From NCBI GenBank assembly GCA_963816395.1, contig CAWFKQ010000016.1, forward strand, positions 576,001 through 640,000: a stretch of DNA of 64,000 bases, given 5' to 3'. Shown piece after piece: positions 9,849 to 19,849 of the stretch (its first letter is position 1; each line of letters begins with the position of its first letter). Origin of the DNA: an uncultured delta proteobacterium (lineage in GTDB: Bacteria; Desulfobacterota; Desulfuromonadia; Desulfuromonadales; JACZKF01). The position numbers and the translations under genes were made by a program. The notes under the pieces are model-generated. The model was not told where the DNA came from, searched no databases, and saw only the letters and a list, made by a program, of their open reading frames with translations.

Positions 9849-9872
9849 GGGCGCGGCACGCCGCGCCCCTAC
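9849..9872 (-). repeat. GTAG-family REP-like palindrome
   Basis: Minus strand GTAGGGGCGCGGCGTGCCGCGCCC: GTAG followed by a GC-rich hairpin. Confidence 0.6.
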
Positions 9873-9893
9873 AACCGACACAGGAGAGAACAC

Positions 9894-11084
9894 ATGCTGA
9901 CAAAAGCTTACATCCCCTACGGAGGCTACTACAGCACCCCCTTCTCCCGCTGGCAGGGAAGCCTGGCCAACGAGCACTCGATCATCCTGGGGGCCAACAC
10001 CTCCAAACGCTTCTTCGAAACCAAGGGGTGGGACCCCGGCATGCTCGACTACGTCCTGGTCGGCAGCACCGTTTATCAGAAGCAGTGGTTCTACAGCGGC
10101 CCCTGGGCCTCGGCCATGCTGGGCGCCACCGGCGCCCCCGGTATCCTGATCAGCCAGGCCTGTTCGACGCCCACCTCAACCATCTGGCAGGCCGGCATGG
10201 GCGTGGAGACGGGCCTTTTCGCCAACAGCTGGTGCCTGCTGGCCGATCGCTGCTCCAACGGCCCGCACGCCGTCTGGCCCAATCCCAATGGTCCCGGCGG
10301 CCAGGTCATCGCCGAAGACTGGGTCATGGATAATTTCGGCAAGGACCCCTGGGCCGGCGGCGCCATGATCCAGACCGCGGAAAACGTCAGCAAGGAATAC
10401 GGCGTCACCCGCGAGCAATGCGACGCCATCACCCTGCGGCGGCAGGAACAGTACCAGGACGCCCTGGCCAACGACCGGCAGTTCCAGAAGCGCTACATGT
10501 TCCCGGCCGAGGTGCAGATCTCCAGGAAGAAAACCCTCACCGTCGAAGCCGACGAGGGGATCGCGGTCAGCACCGCGGAAGGTCTGGCCGGCCTGCGGCC
10601 CGTGCTGCCCGATGGTGTGCATACCTTCGGCACCCAGACCCATCCGGCCGACGGCAACTGCGGCCTTTCGGTGACGACCCGCGAAAAGGCCCGGGAACTG
10701 AGCACCAATCCGAGCATCGAGATCCAGCTCCTCTCCTACGGCTATGCCCGCGCCAAAAAGGGCTTCATGGCCGCCGCGGTCTCCCCTTCGGCCCAGATGG
10801 CTCTCGACAGCGCCGGCATCAAGGTCGGCGACCTGGCCGCGGTGAAGACCCACAATCCCTTTGCCGCCAACGACGTGGTCATGGCCAATGTCATGGGCCT
10901 GGATCTGAACAGCATGAACAACTACGGCTGTTCCCTCATCTATGGCCATCCCCAGGCGCCCACCGGCGGCCGGCTGATTCTCGAAGGGATCGAGGAACTG
11001 GTCCTGAAAGGGGGCGGTTATCTGCTCTATGCCGGCTGCGCCGCCGGGGATACCGCCGCCTCGCTGGTACTTAAAGTGGGCTAA
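9894..11084 (+). CDS. thiolase (acetyl-CoA C-acyltransferase family)
   Basis: SQACST (acylation Cys), HNPFAAND, YGHPQAP, GCAAGD catalytic motifs. Confidence 0.9.
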   Translation: MLTKAYIPYGGYYSTPFSRWQGSLANEHSIILGANTSKRFFETKGWDPGMLDYVLVGSTVYQKQWFYSGPWASAMLGATGAPGILISQACSTPTSTIWQAGMGVETGLFANSWCLLADRCSNGPHAVWPNPNGPGGQVIAEDWVMDNFGKDPWAGGAMIQTAENVSKEYGVTREQCDAITLRRQEQYQDALANDRQFQKRYMFPAEVQISRKKTLTVEADEGIAVSTAEGLAGLRPVLPDGVHTFGTQTHPADGNCGLSVTTREKARELSTNPSIEIQLLSYGYARAKKGFMAAAVSPSAQMALDSAGIKVGDLAAVKTHNPFAANDVVMANVMGLDLNSMNNYGCSLIYGHPQAPTGGRLILEGIEELVLKGGGYLLYAGCAAGDTAASLVLKVG

Positions 11085-11088
11085 ATGC

Positions 11089-11130
11089 AGGCTAGCGGCA
11101 AGAGGCTAGCGGCAAGAGGCTAAAGGCTAG
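11089..11130. repeat. tandem heptanucleotide repeat (6 units)
   Basis: aggctag-cggcaag-aggctag-cggcaag-aggctaa-aggctag. Confidence 0.8.
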
Positions 11131-11180
11131 ACGAAAAAAATTCCTGGCGCTTCGGCGCTTCGATTAAAGGAGTGCATACC

Positions 11181-11963
11181 ATGGCCTACCAATTTATTAC
11201 CCTGACCCGGGACGAGCGGGTCCTGACCATCAGCCTCAACCGGCCGCCCACCAATCCACTCAGCGCCGAGTTCGGCCGGGAGCTCTTCGCGGCTTTCACC
11301 GAAGCCGGGCAGAGGGAGGATGTGAATGTGGTGGTCATCACCAGCGCGCTGGAGAAGGCTTTTATCGCCGGGGCGGACATCAAGGAGATGGCGGCCCAGA
11401 ACCAGAGCGAGGCCGAGGCCTTCTCCAAGCTTCTGCAGGATGCCAACAACCTGCTCAGCGGCATGAAAAAGGTGGTCATCGCCGCTATCAACGGGCATGC
11501 CCTGGGCGGCGGCTGCGAACTGGCCATGGCCTGCGATTACCGTTTCATGGCGGCGGGCAAGGCCCTTATCGGCTTGCCGGAGGCGACCCTGGGGGTCGTC
11601 CCGGGCGCCGGCGGAACGCAGAGACTGCCCCGGCTGGTCGGCCTGTCAAAAGCTCTGGACATCCTGCTTCGCGGCCGGGTCATGGGCCCCGAGGAGGCGC
11701 TGGCGATCGGTCTCATCGACCGGGTCATCGAGGCCGAGAACTTCATGGAGGAAGTCATGAAGTTCGCCACCAAACTGGCCTCGGGAGCCGGTAAGGCCAT
11801 GGGCTATATCAAGGCCGCGGTCTACGAGGGGATCGACCTCCCTCTGGAGCAGGCCCTGGCCGTCGAGCGCAAATGCGGCCTGGAGAACCTCAAGACGCAT
11901 GATGCCAAAGAAGGCCTCACCGCCTTCACCGAGAAGAGGAAGCCGAACTTCCAGAGCCGCTAA
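11181..11963 (+). CDS. enoyl-CoA hydratase (crotonase family)
   Basis: AFIAGADIKEM, ALGGGCELAMACD, LPEATLGVVPGAGGTQRL with both catalytic Glu. Confidence 0.93.
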   Translation: MAYQFITLTRDERVLTISLNRPPTNPLSAEFGRELFAAFTEAGQREDVNVVVITSALEKAFIAGADIKEMAAQNQSEAEAFSKLLQDANNLLSGMKKVVIAAINGHALGGGCELAMACDYRFMAAGKALIGLPEATLGVVPGAGGTQRLPRLVGLSKALDILLRGRVMGPEEALAIGLIDRVIEAENFMEEVMKFATKLASGAGKAMGYIKAAVYEGIDLPLEQALAVERKCGLENLKTHDAKEGLTAFTEKRKPNFQSR

Positions 11964-12052
11964 AAGCGGATTCACCGCGCTTATCTCTGCGCGCTCGGCG
12001 GTATAAAAAATTCACTGCGCTTTTTTCATATCCAAAAAAAGGAGATCCAAAC

Positions 12053-12919
12053 ATGAATATCGAAGAGATCAAGACGATCGGAGTTGCGGGAGCCGGAAGC
12101 ATGGGGGCCGGAATCACCCAGGTCGCCGCCCAGGCAGGATTCCAGGTCAAAGTCGTCGATGTCAGCGAAGAGGTCTGGAACCGGGCTCAGAAGACCATCA
12201 CCAAGAGCCTGGAACGGATGCTCAAGAAGGAGAAGATCACCGAAGCGCAGATGAAGGAGGCCCTCGGCCGCATCAGCTTCTCCACCGATGTGAGCAGTCT
12301 GGCCGGCGTCCCCTTCATCATCGAGGCGGTCTTCGAAAACCTCGAGGTCAAAAAGGAGCTGTTCGGCAAGCTCGACGCGGTCTGCGGCGATGACGTGATC
12401 TATGCGACGAATACCTCGTCGATCGCCATTACCGAGATGGCGGCCCTGGTCAAGCGTCCCGCCAAGTTCGTCGGCATGCACTTCTTCAACCCCGTGCCGA
12501 TGATGCAGCTGGTCGAGATCATTCCCGCCCTGCAGACCGAGGCGTCCACCACCGAGATTGCCAAAGAGGTGGCCAGGAAGATGGGCAAGACCTTCATCAC
12601 CTGCAAGGATACTCCGGGCTTTGTCGTCAACCGGCTCTTCGTTCCCTACATCCTCGATGCCGTGCGGCTGCTGGAGGAAGGAGTGGCCTCGGCCGAGGAC
12701 ATCGATACCGCCATGAAGCTCGGCTGCGGCATGCCGATGGGGCCTCTCGAACTGCAGGATTTCGCCGGCGCCGACATCGGCTATCATGTCGGGAACATTT
12801 TCTACGAGTACATGAAAGACGCCCGCTTCTCCCCCCCTGGACTGCTGCGCAACATGATCAAGGCCGGCTATCTCGGCCGCAAGACCGGCAAGGGCTTCTA
12901 CGATTATTCGGATAAGTAG
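12053..12919 (+). CDS. 3-hydroxyacyl-CoA (3-hydroxybutyryl-CoA type) dehydrogenase
   Basis: GAGSMGAGI, EAVFENLEVK, TNTSS, GMHFFNPVP, PGFVVNRL, LGRKTGKGFYDY. Confidence 0.94.
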   Translation: MNIEEIKTIGVAGAGSMGAGITQVAAQAGFQVKVVDVSEEVWNRAQKTITKSLERMLKKEKITEAQMKEALGRISFSTDVSSLAGVPFIIEAVFENLEVKKELFGKLDAVCGDDVIYATNTSSIAITEMAALVKRPAKFVGMHFFNPVPMMQLVEIIPALQTEASTTEIAKEVARKMGKTFITCKDTPGFVVNRLFVPYILDAVRLLEEGVASAEDIDTAMKLGCGMPMGPLELQDFAGADIGYHVGNIFYEYMKDARFSPPGLLRNMIKAGYLGRKTGKGFYDYSDK

Positions 12920-12964
12920 ATCACCTGAACAGAGTTCAAAATTCAAAAAGAAAGGGGTGGGATT

Positions 12965-14308
12965 ATGGCCTGGAGCAGAGAAGAAACCGTCGGCCGCAGT
13001 GAAATGCAGGAGATCCAGCTGGCCCGCCTGCAGAAGACGGTCAGCTACGTCTATGAGAAAAACGCCGTCTATAAGAAAAAGCTCGATGAACTCGGCGTGA
13101 AGCCGGGAGACATCAAGACCCTGAAAGACATCCGGCTGCTTCCCTTTACCACCAAGCAGGACATCCGGGACAATTATCCCTTTAACCTTTTCACCGCGCC
13201 GCAGGAGGAGATTGTTGAGTATCACGCCACCTCCGGAACCACCGGCAAGCCGGTGGTGGTCGGCTACACCCGGAACGACCTGGAGAACTGGTCCGAGGTC
13301 ATGGGGCGGGCTTTTACCGGCGCCGGCATCGGCAAAAACGACACGGTGCAGAATATCTACGGCTATGGCCTGTTCACCGGCGGCCTGGGCGCCCATTACG
13401 GCGCCATCCGGGTCGGCGCCTCGGTCATCCCGATCTCCGGCGGCAATACCCAGAAGCAGATCATGCTGATGCAGGACTTCGGCACCACCGCCCTGACCGT
13501 CACCCCCTCCTTCCTCCTGCACATCCACGAGGTCGGCGAGCAGATGGGGATCGATTTCAAGAAGCTCAAGCTGCGCACCGGCCTCTTCGGGGCGGAGCCC
13601 TGGAGCGAGTCGATGCGCCACTCGATCCAGGAGAAGTTCGGCATCACGGCCTGCGACATCTACGGCCTCTCGGAAATCATCGGTCCCGGCGTCTCCTTCG
13701 AATGCCATGAAGCCCGGGCCGGCCTGCATATCAACGAGGACTATTTCTATCCCGAGATCATCCACCCGGAGACCGGCGAAGTCCTGCCCGAGGGGGAGGT
13801 GGGGGAACTGGTCTTCACCACTATCACCAACGAAGGCCAGCCGCTGCTGCGCTACCGCACCCGCGACATCACCTATCTGACCCGCGAGCCCTGCGCCTGC
13901 GGCCGCACTCTGGTCAAGATGCAGCGGGTCACCGGACGCAGCGATGATATGATCATCATTCGCGGGGTCAATGTTTTTCCCTCGCAGATCGAGACGATCA
14001 TCCTCAAGCGCCAGGGGGTATCGCCCCATTACATGATCGTCATCGAGCGGCAGGGCAGCATGGACGAGCTGGAGGTGAAGGTCGAGGTCACCGAAGATTT
14101 CATGGCCAAGGCGGCCATCGACGTCCTCCAGGGATGCGAGCACGATCTGCTCGACGATGTGGAGGCGGTGCGCAGCAAGGTGCGCAACCTCAAGCGGGAT
14201 ATCAAGGAGATGGCGGGCATCTCGGTCAAGGTGACCCTGGTGCCGCCCGGCACCATCCCGCGCAGCGAAGGCAAGGCGAAGCGGATCGACGACAGACGAC
14301 CCAAATAA
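12965..14308 (+). CDS. paaK: phenylacetate--CoA ligase family protein
   Basis: HATSGTTGKP, YGYGLFTGGLG, GAEPW, YGLSEIIGPGV, RYRTRD, GRSDDMIIIRGVNVFPSQIE, EGKAKR. Confidence 0.9.
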   Translation: MAWSREETVGRSEMQEIQLARLQKTVSYVYEKNAVYKKKLDELGVKPGDIKTLKDIRLLPFTTKQDIRDNYPFNLFTAPQEEIVEYHATSGTTGKPVVVGYTRNDLENWSEVMGRAFTGAGIGKNDTVQNIYGYGLFTGGLGAHYGAIRVGASVIPISGGNTQKQIMLMQDFGTTALTVTPSFLLHIHEVGEQMGIDFKKLKLRTGLFGAEPWSESMRHSIQEKFGITACDIYGLSEIIGPGVSFECHEARAGLHINEDYFYPEIIHPETGEVLPEGEVGELVFTTITNEGQPLLRYRTRDITYLTREPCACGRTLVKMQRVTGRSDDMIIIRGVNVFPSQIETIILKRQGVSPHYMIVIERQGSMDELEVKVEVTEDFMAKAAIDVLQGCEHDLLDDVEAVRSKVRNLKRDIKEMAGISVKVTLVPPGTIPRSEGKAKRIDDRRPK

Positions 14309-14344
14309 GCTCCCCCAGGGGGAAGAAGGATTGGATAGCGACCC

Positions 14345-16087
14345 ATGAAAAAAATAATATCCGGCAATGAAGCGATTGCTTTGAGTTTCACGGAATCCGG
14401 CGGCGTCTTCGCTTCCGGCTATCCGGGGACCCCCAGCACCGAGACCCTGGAAGAGGTGGCCCGTCTCGGCGAAGTCTACTGCGAGTGGGCCCCCAACGAG
14501 AAAGTCGCCCTCGAGTCGGCCATCGGCGCCTCCATCGCCGGCGGCAGAACCCTGGCCACCATGAAGCACGTGGGGGTGAACGTGGCCGCCGATGCGCTGA
14601 TGACCCTGACCTATACCGGGGTCAACGCCGGACTGATCCTCATGGTGGCCGATGATCCGGGGATGCATTCGTCGCAGAACGAGCAGGACAGCCGCAATTA
14701 CGCCAAATTCGCCAAAATCCCGATGCTCGATCCCGCCAATTCCCAGGAAGCCTACGACTTCGTGCGGGCCGGGTTCGAAATATCCGAGCAGTTCGATACC
14801 CCGGTGATGCTGCGCACCACGACCCGCATCTCGCACGCCAAGGGGGTGGTGGAGTCCAAGGAAAAGATCGAGCCGAAGGTCGGCCAGTGGGTCAAGGACG
14901 TCCCCAAGTACGTCATGCTCCCCAACTTCGGCAAGATCAGGCACACCGTAATCGAGGAGCGCCTGCTGAAACTGCAGGAATTCGCCGAAACAACCCCCCT
15001 CAACCGGGTGGAAATCGGTGACCCTGAACTGGGTATCATCACCTCCGGCGTCTCCTACCAGCACGTCAGGGAGGCCTTTCCCCAGGCGTCCGTTCTCAAG
15101 CTGGGGCTGGTCCACCCGTTGCCCGAAAGGAAAATCCGGGAGTTCGCGGGGAGCGTCCGGCGCCTGATGATCGTCGAAGAACTCGACGGCATTTTCGAGG
15201 AGCAGATCCGGGCGATGGGCATCCGGGTCGATGTCGGCAAGGGCAAGATCTCCCTCTGCGGCGAGGTCAATGCCGAGATCGTCCGCGCGGCGGCCGGCGA
15301 AACGGCCGACGCGGGGAGCGCTCCGGTCGGCAACCTGCCGCAGCGCCCCCCCACCTTCTGCCCCGGCTGCGCGCATCGCGGTCTGTTCACCATCCTCAGC
15401 AAACTCAAGGCCTTCGTCTCCGGCGACATCGGCTGCTACACCCTCGGCGCCCTGCCGCCGCTGAACGCCATGCACAGCACGATCTGCATGGGCGCCAGCA
15501 TCAGCGCCGCCCACGGCATGGCCAAAGTCAACGAAATCGCCGGCCGGACGGAGAAGCCGGTCGCCGTCATCGGCGATTCCACCTTCTTCCACTCGGGAAT
15601 GACCGGCCTGCTGAGCCTGGCCTACAACGGCGGCAACGCCCTGGTCGTGATCATGGACAACCGCACCACCGGTATGACCGGCGGTCAGGAGAACCCCGGT
15701 TCCGGCCGCGTGCTGCAGGGGGATCCTTCCCGCCAGGTCGATATCATGGCCCTGGTGAAGGTCCTCGGCATCGAGAATGTGGTCGAGTTCAACGCCTACA
15801 ACCTGGAAGAAGCCGAGGCCGCCATCCGCAAGGGGCTGGAAACTCCCGGTCCCTACGTGCTGATCGATAAGAACCCCTGCATTCTCCGTTACCGGGTCAA
15901 GCAGCCGACGATCACCGTCGATCCGGACAAGTGCAAGGGGTGCCGGGCCTGCCTGAAAGCCGCCTGCGTTGCTCTGGGCCTGACCGCCGTCGGCGACCAG
16001 CCGAAAGTGGAAGTGGATCCGAATATCTGCAACGGCTGCGGGGTCTGCGCCCAGCTCTGTAAATTCGACGCCATGAGCGAGGCCTGA
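14345..16087 (+). CDS. iorA: indolepyruvate:ferredoxin oxidoreductase alpha subunit
   Basis: GYPGTPSTE, MKHVGVNVAAD, SSQNEQD, FCPGCAHR, GDIGCY, GDSTFFHSG TPP motif, C-terminal 2x[4Fe-4S]. Confidence 0.94.
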   Translation: MKKIISGNEAIALSFTESGGVFASGYPGTPSTETLEEVARLGEVYCEWAPNEKVALESAIGASIAGGRTLATMKHVGVNVAADALMTLTYTGVNAGLILMVADDPGMHSSQNEQDSRNYAKFAKIPMLDPANSQEAYDFVRAGFEISEQFDTPVMLRTTTRISHAKGVVESKEKIEPKVGQWVKDVPKYVMLPNFGKIRHTVIEERLLKLQEFAETTPLNRVEIGDPELGIITSGVSYQHVREAFPQASVLKLGLVHPLPERKIREFAGSVRRLMIVEELDGIFEEQIRAMGIRVDVGKGKISLCGEVNAEIVRAAAGETADAGSAPVGNLPQRPPTFCPGCAHRGLFTILSKLKAFVSGDIGCYTLGALPPLNAMHSTICMGASISAAHGMAKVNEIAGRTEKPVAVIGDSTFFHSGMTGLLSLAYNGGNALVVIMDNRTTGMTGGQENPGSGRVLQGDPSRQVDIMALVKVLGIENVVEFNAYNLEEAEAAIRKGLETPGPYVLIDKNPCILRYRVKQPTITVDPDKCKGCRACLKAACVALGLTAVGDQPKVEVDPNICNGCGVCAQLCKFDAMSEA

Positions 16088-16102
16088 GGAATGGAGGAAA
16101 CA

Positions 16103-16678
16103 ATGCAAGTCATGAATATCGTTATCGCCGGAGTCGGCGGCCAGGGAGTTCTCATGGCTTCCAAGGTGCTCGCCGAAAGCGCCCTGACCAGCGGCATGGA
16201 TGTCAAGCAGAACGAGGTGCACGGGATGGCGCAGAGGGGCGGCAGCGTCATCAGCTTCGTCCGTTTCGGCGACCAGGTCTACTCGCCGGTCGTCCTGCCG
16301 GGAACCGCCGACATCCTGATCTCCTTTGAGCCCCTGGAGGCGCTTAGATATATCCACTACCTCAAGCCGGACGGGCTGCTGGTCTACAACAAGGTCACCA
16401 TCAACCCCAGCACCGTGGCTTCGGGCCTGGCCACCTATCCGGCCGACGTCGAAGAGCAGATCGCCCGCGCCTGCGCCAATGCGCAGGGGATCGACGCGCT
16501 GTCCATCGCGCAGCAGGCCGGCAATGCCAAGGCCGTCAACATGGTCATGGTCGGCTCCGTCATGAAGCGCCTGCCCTTCAAGCCGGCGGTGATCCAGGAG
16601 GTTGTCAAGGAGGTTTCCAAGGAGAAGGGAGCCGCGGTCAACCTGAAGGCGCTCGCGGGAGGGGCCGCGGCCGCCTGA
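16103..16678 (+). CDS. iorB: indolepyruvate:ferredoxin oxidoreductase beta subunit
   Basis: GVGGQGV, EVHGMAQRGGSV, EPLEALRY; follows iorA; start may be 16091. Confidence 0.93.
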   Translation: MQVMNIVIAGVGGQGVLMASKVLAESALTSGMDVKQNEVHGMAQRGGSVISFVRFGDQVYSPVVLPGTADILISFEPLEALRYIHYLKPDGLLVYNKVTINPSTVASGLATYPADVEEQIARACANAQGIDALSIAQQAGNAKAVNMVMVGSVMKRLPFKPAVIQEVVKEVSKEKGAAVNLKALAGGAAAA

Positions 16679-16719
16679 CAGCGCGGGCGGCGCGGCCCGA
16701 AGCAGGGCAGGCAGCAGGT

Positions 16720-16750
16720 CCGGGCCTGACTGAACCAGCGTCAGGCCCGG
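16720..16750. other. intergenic hairpin (11-bp stem)
   Basis: ccgggcctgac-N9-gtcaggcccgg between iorB and the ACT gene; no U-tract. Confidence 0.5.
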
Positions 16751-16781
16751 CATCCACCAGCCGTCGACATGGGAGACCATC

Positions 16782-17228
16782 ATGAAAAAACTCAAACAGT
16801 TATCCATTTTTCTGGAAAACGCCCCCGGTCGCCTTTACGAAGCCACCGATGCCCTGGGGGCCGCCGGGCTCAACCTGAGATCCCTCAGCATCTGCGATAC
16901 CTCCGATTTCGGCGTGCTGCGCATTCTCGTTTCCGACGTGGCCAAGGCCCGCCAGGTCATCATGGCGAAGCTGCTGCCGGCGCGCGTCGACGATGTCGTT
17001 GCCGCCGAAATCGAAGATACTCCGGGCAGCCTGGCCAAGGTTCTCAAGCCGTTCAAGGAAACCCAGGTCAATGTCGAATACATGTATGCCCTGGCCGGGA
17101 CTTCGTCGGGGAAAGCGGTGATGATCTTCCGCTTCAGCGACAATGACCGGGCTATCGAGATCCTGCAGAAAAATGGCGTCAGGATTCTCGATGCCGAGAC
17201 CTTCGGAATCCTCGAAAATCCGGCCTAG
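16782..17228 (+). CDS. double ACT-domain protein (copy 1)
   Basis: KQLSIFLENAPGRL, DFGVLRILV, DTPGSLA, NVEYMYA. Confidence 0.9.
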   Translation: MKKLKQLSIFLENAPGRLYEATDALGAAGLNLRSLSICDTSDFGVLRILVSDVAKARQVIMAKLLPARVDDVVAAEIEDTPGSLAKVLKPFKETQVNVEYMYALAGTSSGKAVMIFRFSDNDRAIEILQKNGVRILDAETFGILENPA

Positions 17229-17255
17229 CCGGCCCGCTTGCCAAGGAGAAACCTG

Positions 17256-18200
17256 ATGAAGGGAGAAAGCAACTTTAAACCGAGGAAATTTGCGGTCATC
17301 GGCGCCGGACCGGTCGGCGGGATCGTCGCCGCCTTCCTCGCCAAAGGCGGCTTTGACGTCACCCTCTGCGATGTCATTCCGGCCCTCCTGGCGCCGGCTC
17401 TCGACCCCGGCATCCTCATCGAAGGGGTCGACAACCTGCAGGCCAAAGTGACCAGGGTCACCACCAACATCGATGATATCGTCAAAGATCCGCCCGACGT
17501 CGTCGTGGTCACGGTCAAGGCCACCGCCCTCCCTCTGGTCGCCTCGGCTCTGGAAAGTTTTGCCGGTGAGGGGCGCTACGTGATCAGCTGGCAGAATGGC
17601 ATCGACACCGAGCTCGTCCTCGCCGAGCACCTCGGCGCCCGGTTCGTCATGCGGGGAGTGGTGAATTTCGGCTGCGTTCCGGTGAAGCCCGGCCATATCC
17701 GACTCGCCTTCCACCATCGCCCCCATTACCTGCAGGAACTCGATCCGCAGTCGCGGGACGCTGCCCTGGGGATCTGCGAGGCCTTCAGCGAATGCGGACT
17801 CGATACCCAGCATACCGATCAGATCAACAACATGGTCTGGCGCAAGGCCGTTCTTAATGCCTGCATGAATCCCCTGTGCGCGGTAACCGGCAAGACCATG
17901 GTCGAGGTCATTCTCGACCCCATCCTGTTCAATCTGGTCGATGCCCTCATCAAGGAGGGGATCGCCGTGGCCCGGGCCAACGAAATGATCCTCGGCTCCA
18001 ACTTCTATCCCTACTGCGTCAATTACATCCGCAATGCCGGCAACCACAAGCCCTCCATGCTGCAGGACATCGAGGCGGGCCGCCGGACGGAAGTCGACTA
18101 CATCAACGGCAAGATCGTCGAATACGGCGCTCAGGCCGGCATGGCCACGCCCTACAACACCATGATCCGGGGGCTGGTCAAGGCGCTGGAGCCCAAGTGA
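17256..18200 (+). CDS. ketopantoate reductase (ApbA/PanE) family 2-oxoacid reductase (copy 1)
   Basis: GAGPVGG, VKA, WQNG, WRKAVLNACMNPL, HKPSMLQDIEAGRRTEVDYINGKI. Confidence 0.9.
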   Translation: MKGESNFKPRKFAVIGAGPVGGIVAAFLAKGGFDVTLCDVIPALLAPALDPGILIEGVDNLQAKVTRVTTNIDDIVKDPPDVVVVTVKATALPLVASALESFAGEGRYVISWQNGIDTELVLAEHLGARFVMRGVVNFGCVPVKPGHIRLAFHHRPHYLQELDPQSRDAALGICEAFSECGLDTQHTDQINNMVWRKAVLNACMNPLCAVTGKTMVEVILDPILFNLVDALIKEGIAVARANEMILGSNFYPYCVNYIRNAGNHKPSMLQDIEAGRRTEVDYINGKIVEYGAQAGMATPYNTMIRGLVKALEPK

Positions 18201-18268
18201 TATGGATGGTCATTCGGCACCCGCAGATCCTTGGGCAGTGTTTCTGCCCACCTGAAAAGGAAGATTCC

Positions 18269-18715
18269 ATGAAACTTAAACAGCTGTCCATCTTTCTGGA
18301 AAACTCCCCCGGTCGCCTGTACGAGGTCACCAGGGCTTTTGGCGAGATCGGTCTCAATCTCAGAGCCCATTGCATCTGCGATACTTCCCATGACTTCGGC
18401 GTACTGCGGATTCTGGTCTCCGATCTGGCCACTGCGCGTGGCGTGATCATGGACAAGTTCATACCGGCGCGGGTCGACGATGTCGTCGCCGCCGAGCTTG
18501 AAGATACTCCCGGCAGCCTGGCCGAGGTCCTCAGCCTGTTTCTCGGCAGCAGGGTGAATGTGGAATACATGTATGCCGTCGCCGGTTCGACGGCCGGCAA
18601 GGCAGTGATGATCTTCCGCTTCAGCGACAATGACCTGGCGATTGAAATCCTGCAGGAGCATGGGGTCAAACTGCTGGATTCCGAGGCCTTCGGCATGATC
18701 GAAAGTCAGGGCTGA
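18269..18715 (+). CDS. double ACT-domain protein (copy 2)
   Basis: MKLKQLSIFLENSPGRL...NVEYMYA...MIFRFSDND; paralogue of 16782-17228. Confidence 0.88.
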   Translation: MKLKQLSIFLENSPGRLYEVTRAFGEIGLNLRAHCICDTSHDFGVLRILVSDLATARGVIMDKFIPARVDDVVAAELEDTPGSLAEVLSLFLGSRVNVEYMYAVAGSTAGKAVMIFRFSDNDLAIEILQEHGVKLLDSEAFGMIESQG

Positions 18716-18750
18716 GGCGGAGTCGACGTTTTTTCTAAAGGATTTTCTGC

Positions 18751-19695
18751 ATGAAGAGTGAAAGCAACTATCGGCCGAAGAAGTTCGCTGTCGTCGGCGC
18801 TGGCCCGGTGGGAGGGATTGTCGCCGCTTTCCTGGCCAAAGGAGGGTACGAAGTCACTCTCTGCGATGTCGTCCCGAGTCTTCTCGAACCGGCGCTGGAC
18901 CCCGGCATTCTCATCGAGGGCGCCGACTCATTCCAGGCCAGGGTGGCGCGGGTCACTACCCGTGTCGACGATCTCGCCAATGATCCTCCCGATGTCATTT
19001 TTATCACCGTCAAGGCAACCGCCCTGCCCATGATCACCTCCGCTCTCGAGGGTTTTATCACTCAAGGGCGCTACGTTGTCAGCTGGCAGAATGGCATCGA
19101 CACCGAGTTGGTCCTTGCCCAGACCCTCGGCCCCGAGGCGGTCATGCGGGCGGTCGTCAATTTCGGCAGCATCCTGGTGAAACCCGGCCACGTCCATGTG
19201 GCTTTTCACCACCGGCCCCATTATATCCAGGAGCTGCATCGCGACTCCCGGGACGCTGCCATTGGCATCAGCAACGTGCTCACCGAGTGCGGGCTCGATT
19301 CCCACCATACCACCCAGATCCGCAATATGGTCTGGAGCAAGGCGGTCAACAACTCCTGCATGAATCCGGTCTGTGCCGTAACCGGCAAGACCATGGCCGA
19401 AGTGATCAACGACCCCATTCTCTTCAACCTGGTCGATTTACTGCTCAAGGAAGGGGTTTCGGTGGCGCGCGCCAACGAACTCAGCCTTGGCCCCGATTTT
19501 TACCCCGATTGCATGCAGTACATTAAAACCGCCGGCCACCACAAGCCCTCCATGCTGCAGGACATCGAGGCCGGACGCCCCACCGAAGTCGATTACATCA
19601 ACGGCAAGATCATCGAGTACGGAATGCGGGCCGGCATGGCCGCCCCCTACAACACGGCGCTGCGCAGTCTGGTCAAGGCCCTCGAGCCGAAGTGA
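18751..19695 (+). CDS. ketopantoate reductase (ApbA/PanE) family 2-oxoacid reductase (copy 2)
   Basis: Same motifs as 17256-18200; ends LVKALEPK like copy 1. Confidence 0.9.
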   Translation: MKSESNYRPKKFAVVGAGPVGGIVAAFLAKGGYEVTLCDVVPSLLEPALDPGILIEGADSFQARVARVTTRVDDLANDPPDVIFITVKATALPMITSALEGFITQGRYVVSWQNGIDTELVLAQTLGPEAVMRAVVNFGSILVKPGHVHVAFHHRPHYIQELHRDSRDAAIGISNVLTECGLDSHHTTQIRNMVWSKAVNNSCMNPVCAVTGKTMAEVINDPILFNLVDLLLKEGVSVARANELSLGPDFYPDCMQYIKTAGHHKPSMLQDIEAGRPTEVDYINGKIIEYGMRAGMAAPYNTALRSLVKALEPK

Positions 19696-19849
19696 TCATG
19701 CGCCCCGCCAGGGGGCATCGGCGTGACGACGAACAATCGGCAGCATCCAGGACCGCGGATGGGCAGCGGGCATTGAGCCGATTTCACATGAGACGCAAAA
19801 TCTATGTACCTTCCCCATCGCTGGGCGCCCCAGGGAGGAAAAGACCATT

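Noticed and set aside
12026..16807. 1593-aa minus-strand ORF and other long antisense ORFs (e.g. 4652-6388, 7703-9526, 24158-26623, 47140-49044, 54514-56460, 57842-59620)
   Set aside because: Shadow ORFs opposite well-supported genes in high-GC DNA; no recognisable motifs.
17256..19695. Housekeeping panE genes
   Set aside because: Duplicated and embedded in a catabolic cluster with no pan genes; only the family assignment is kept.
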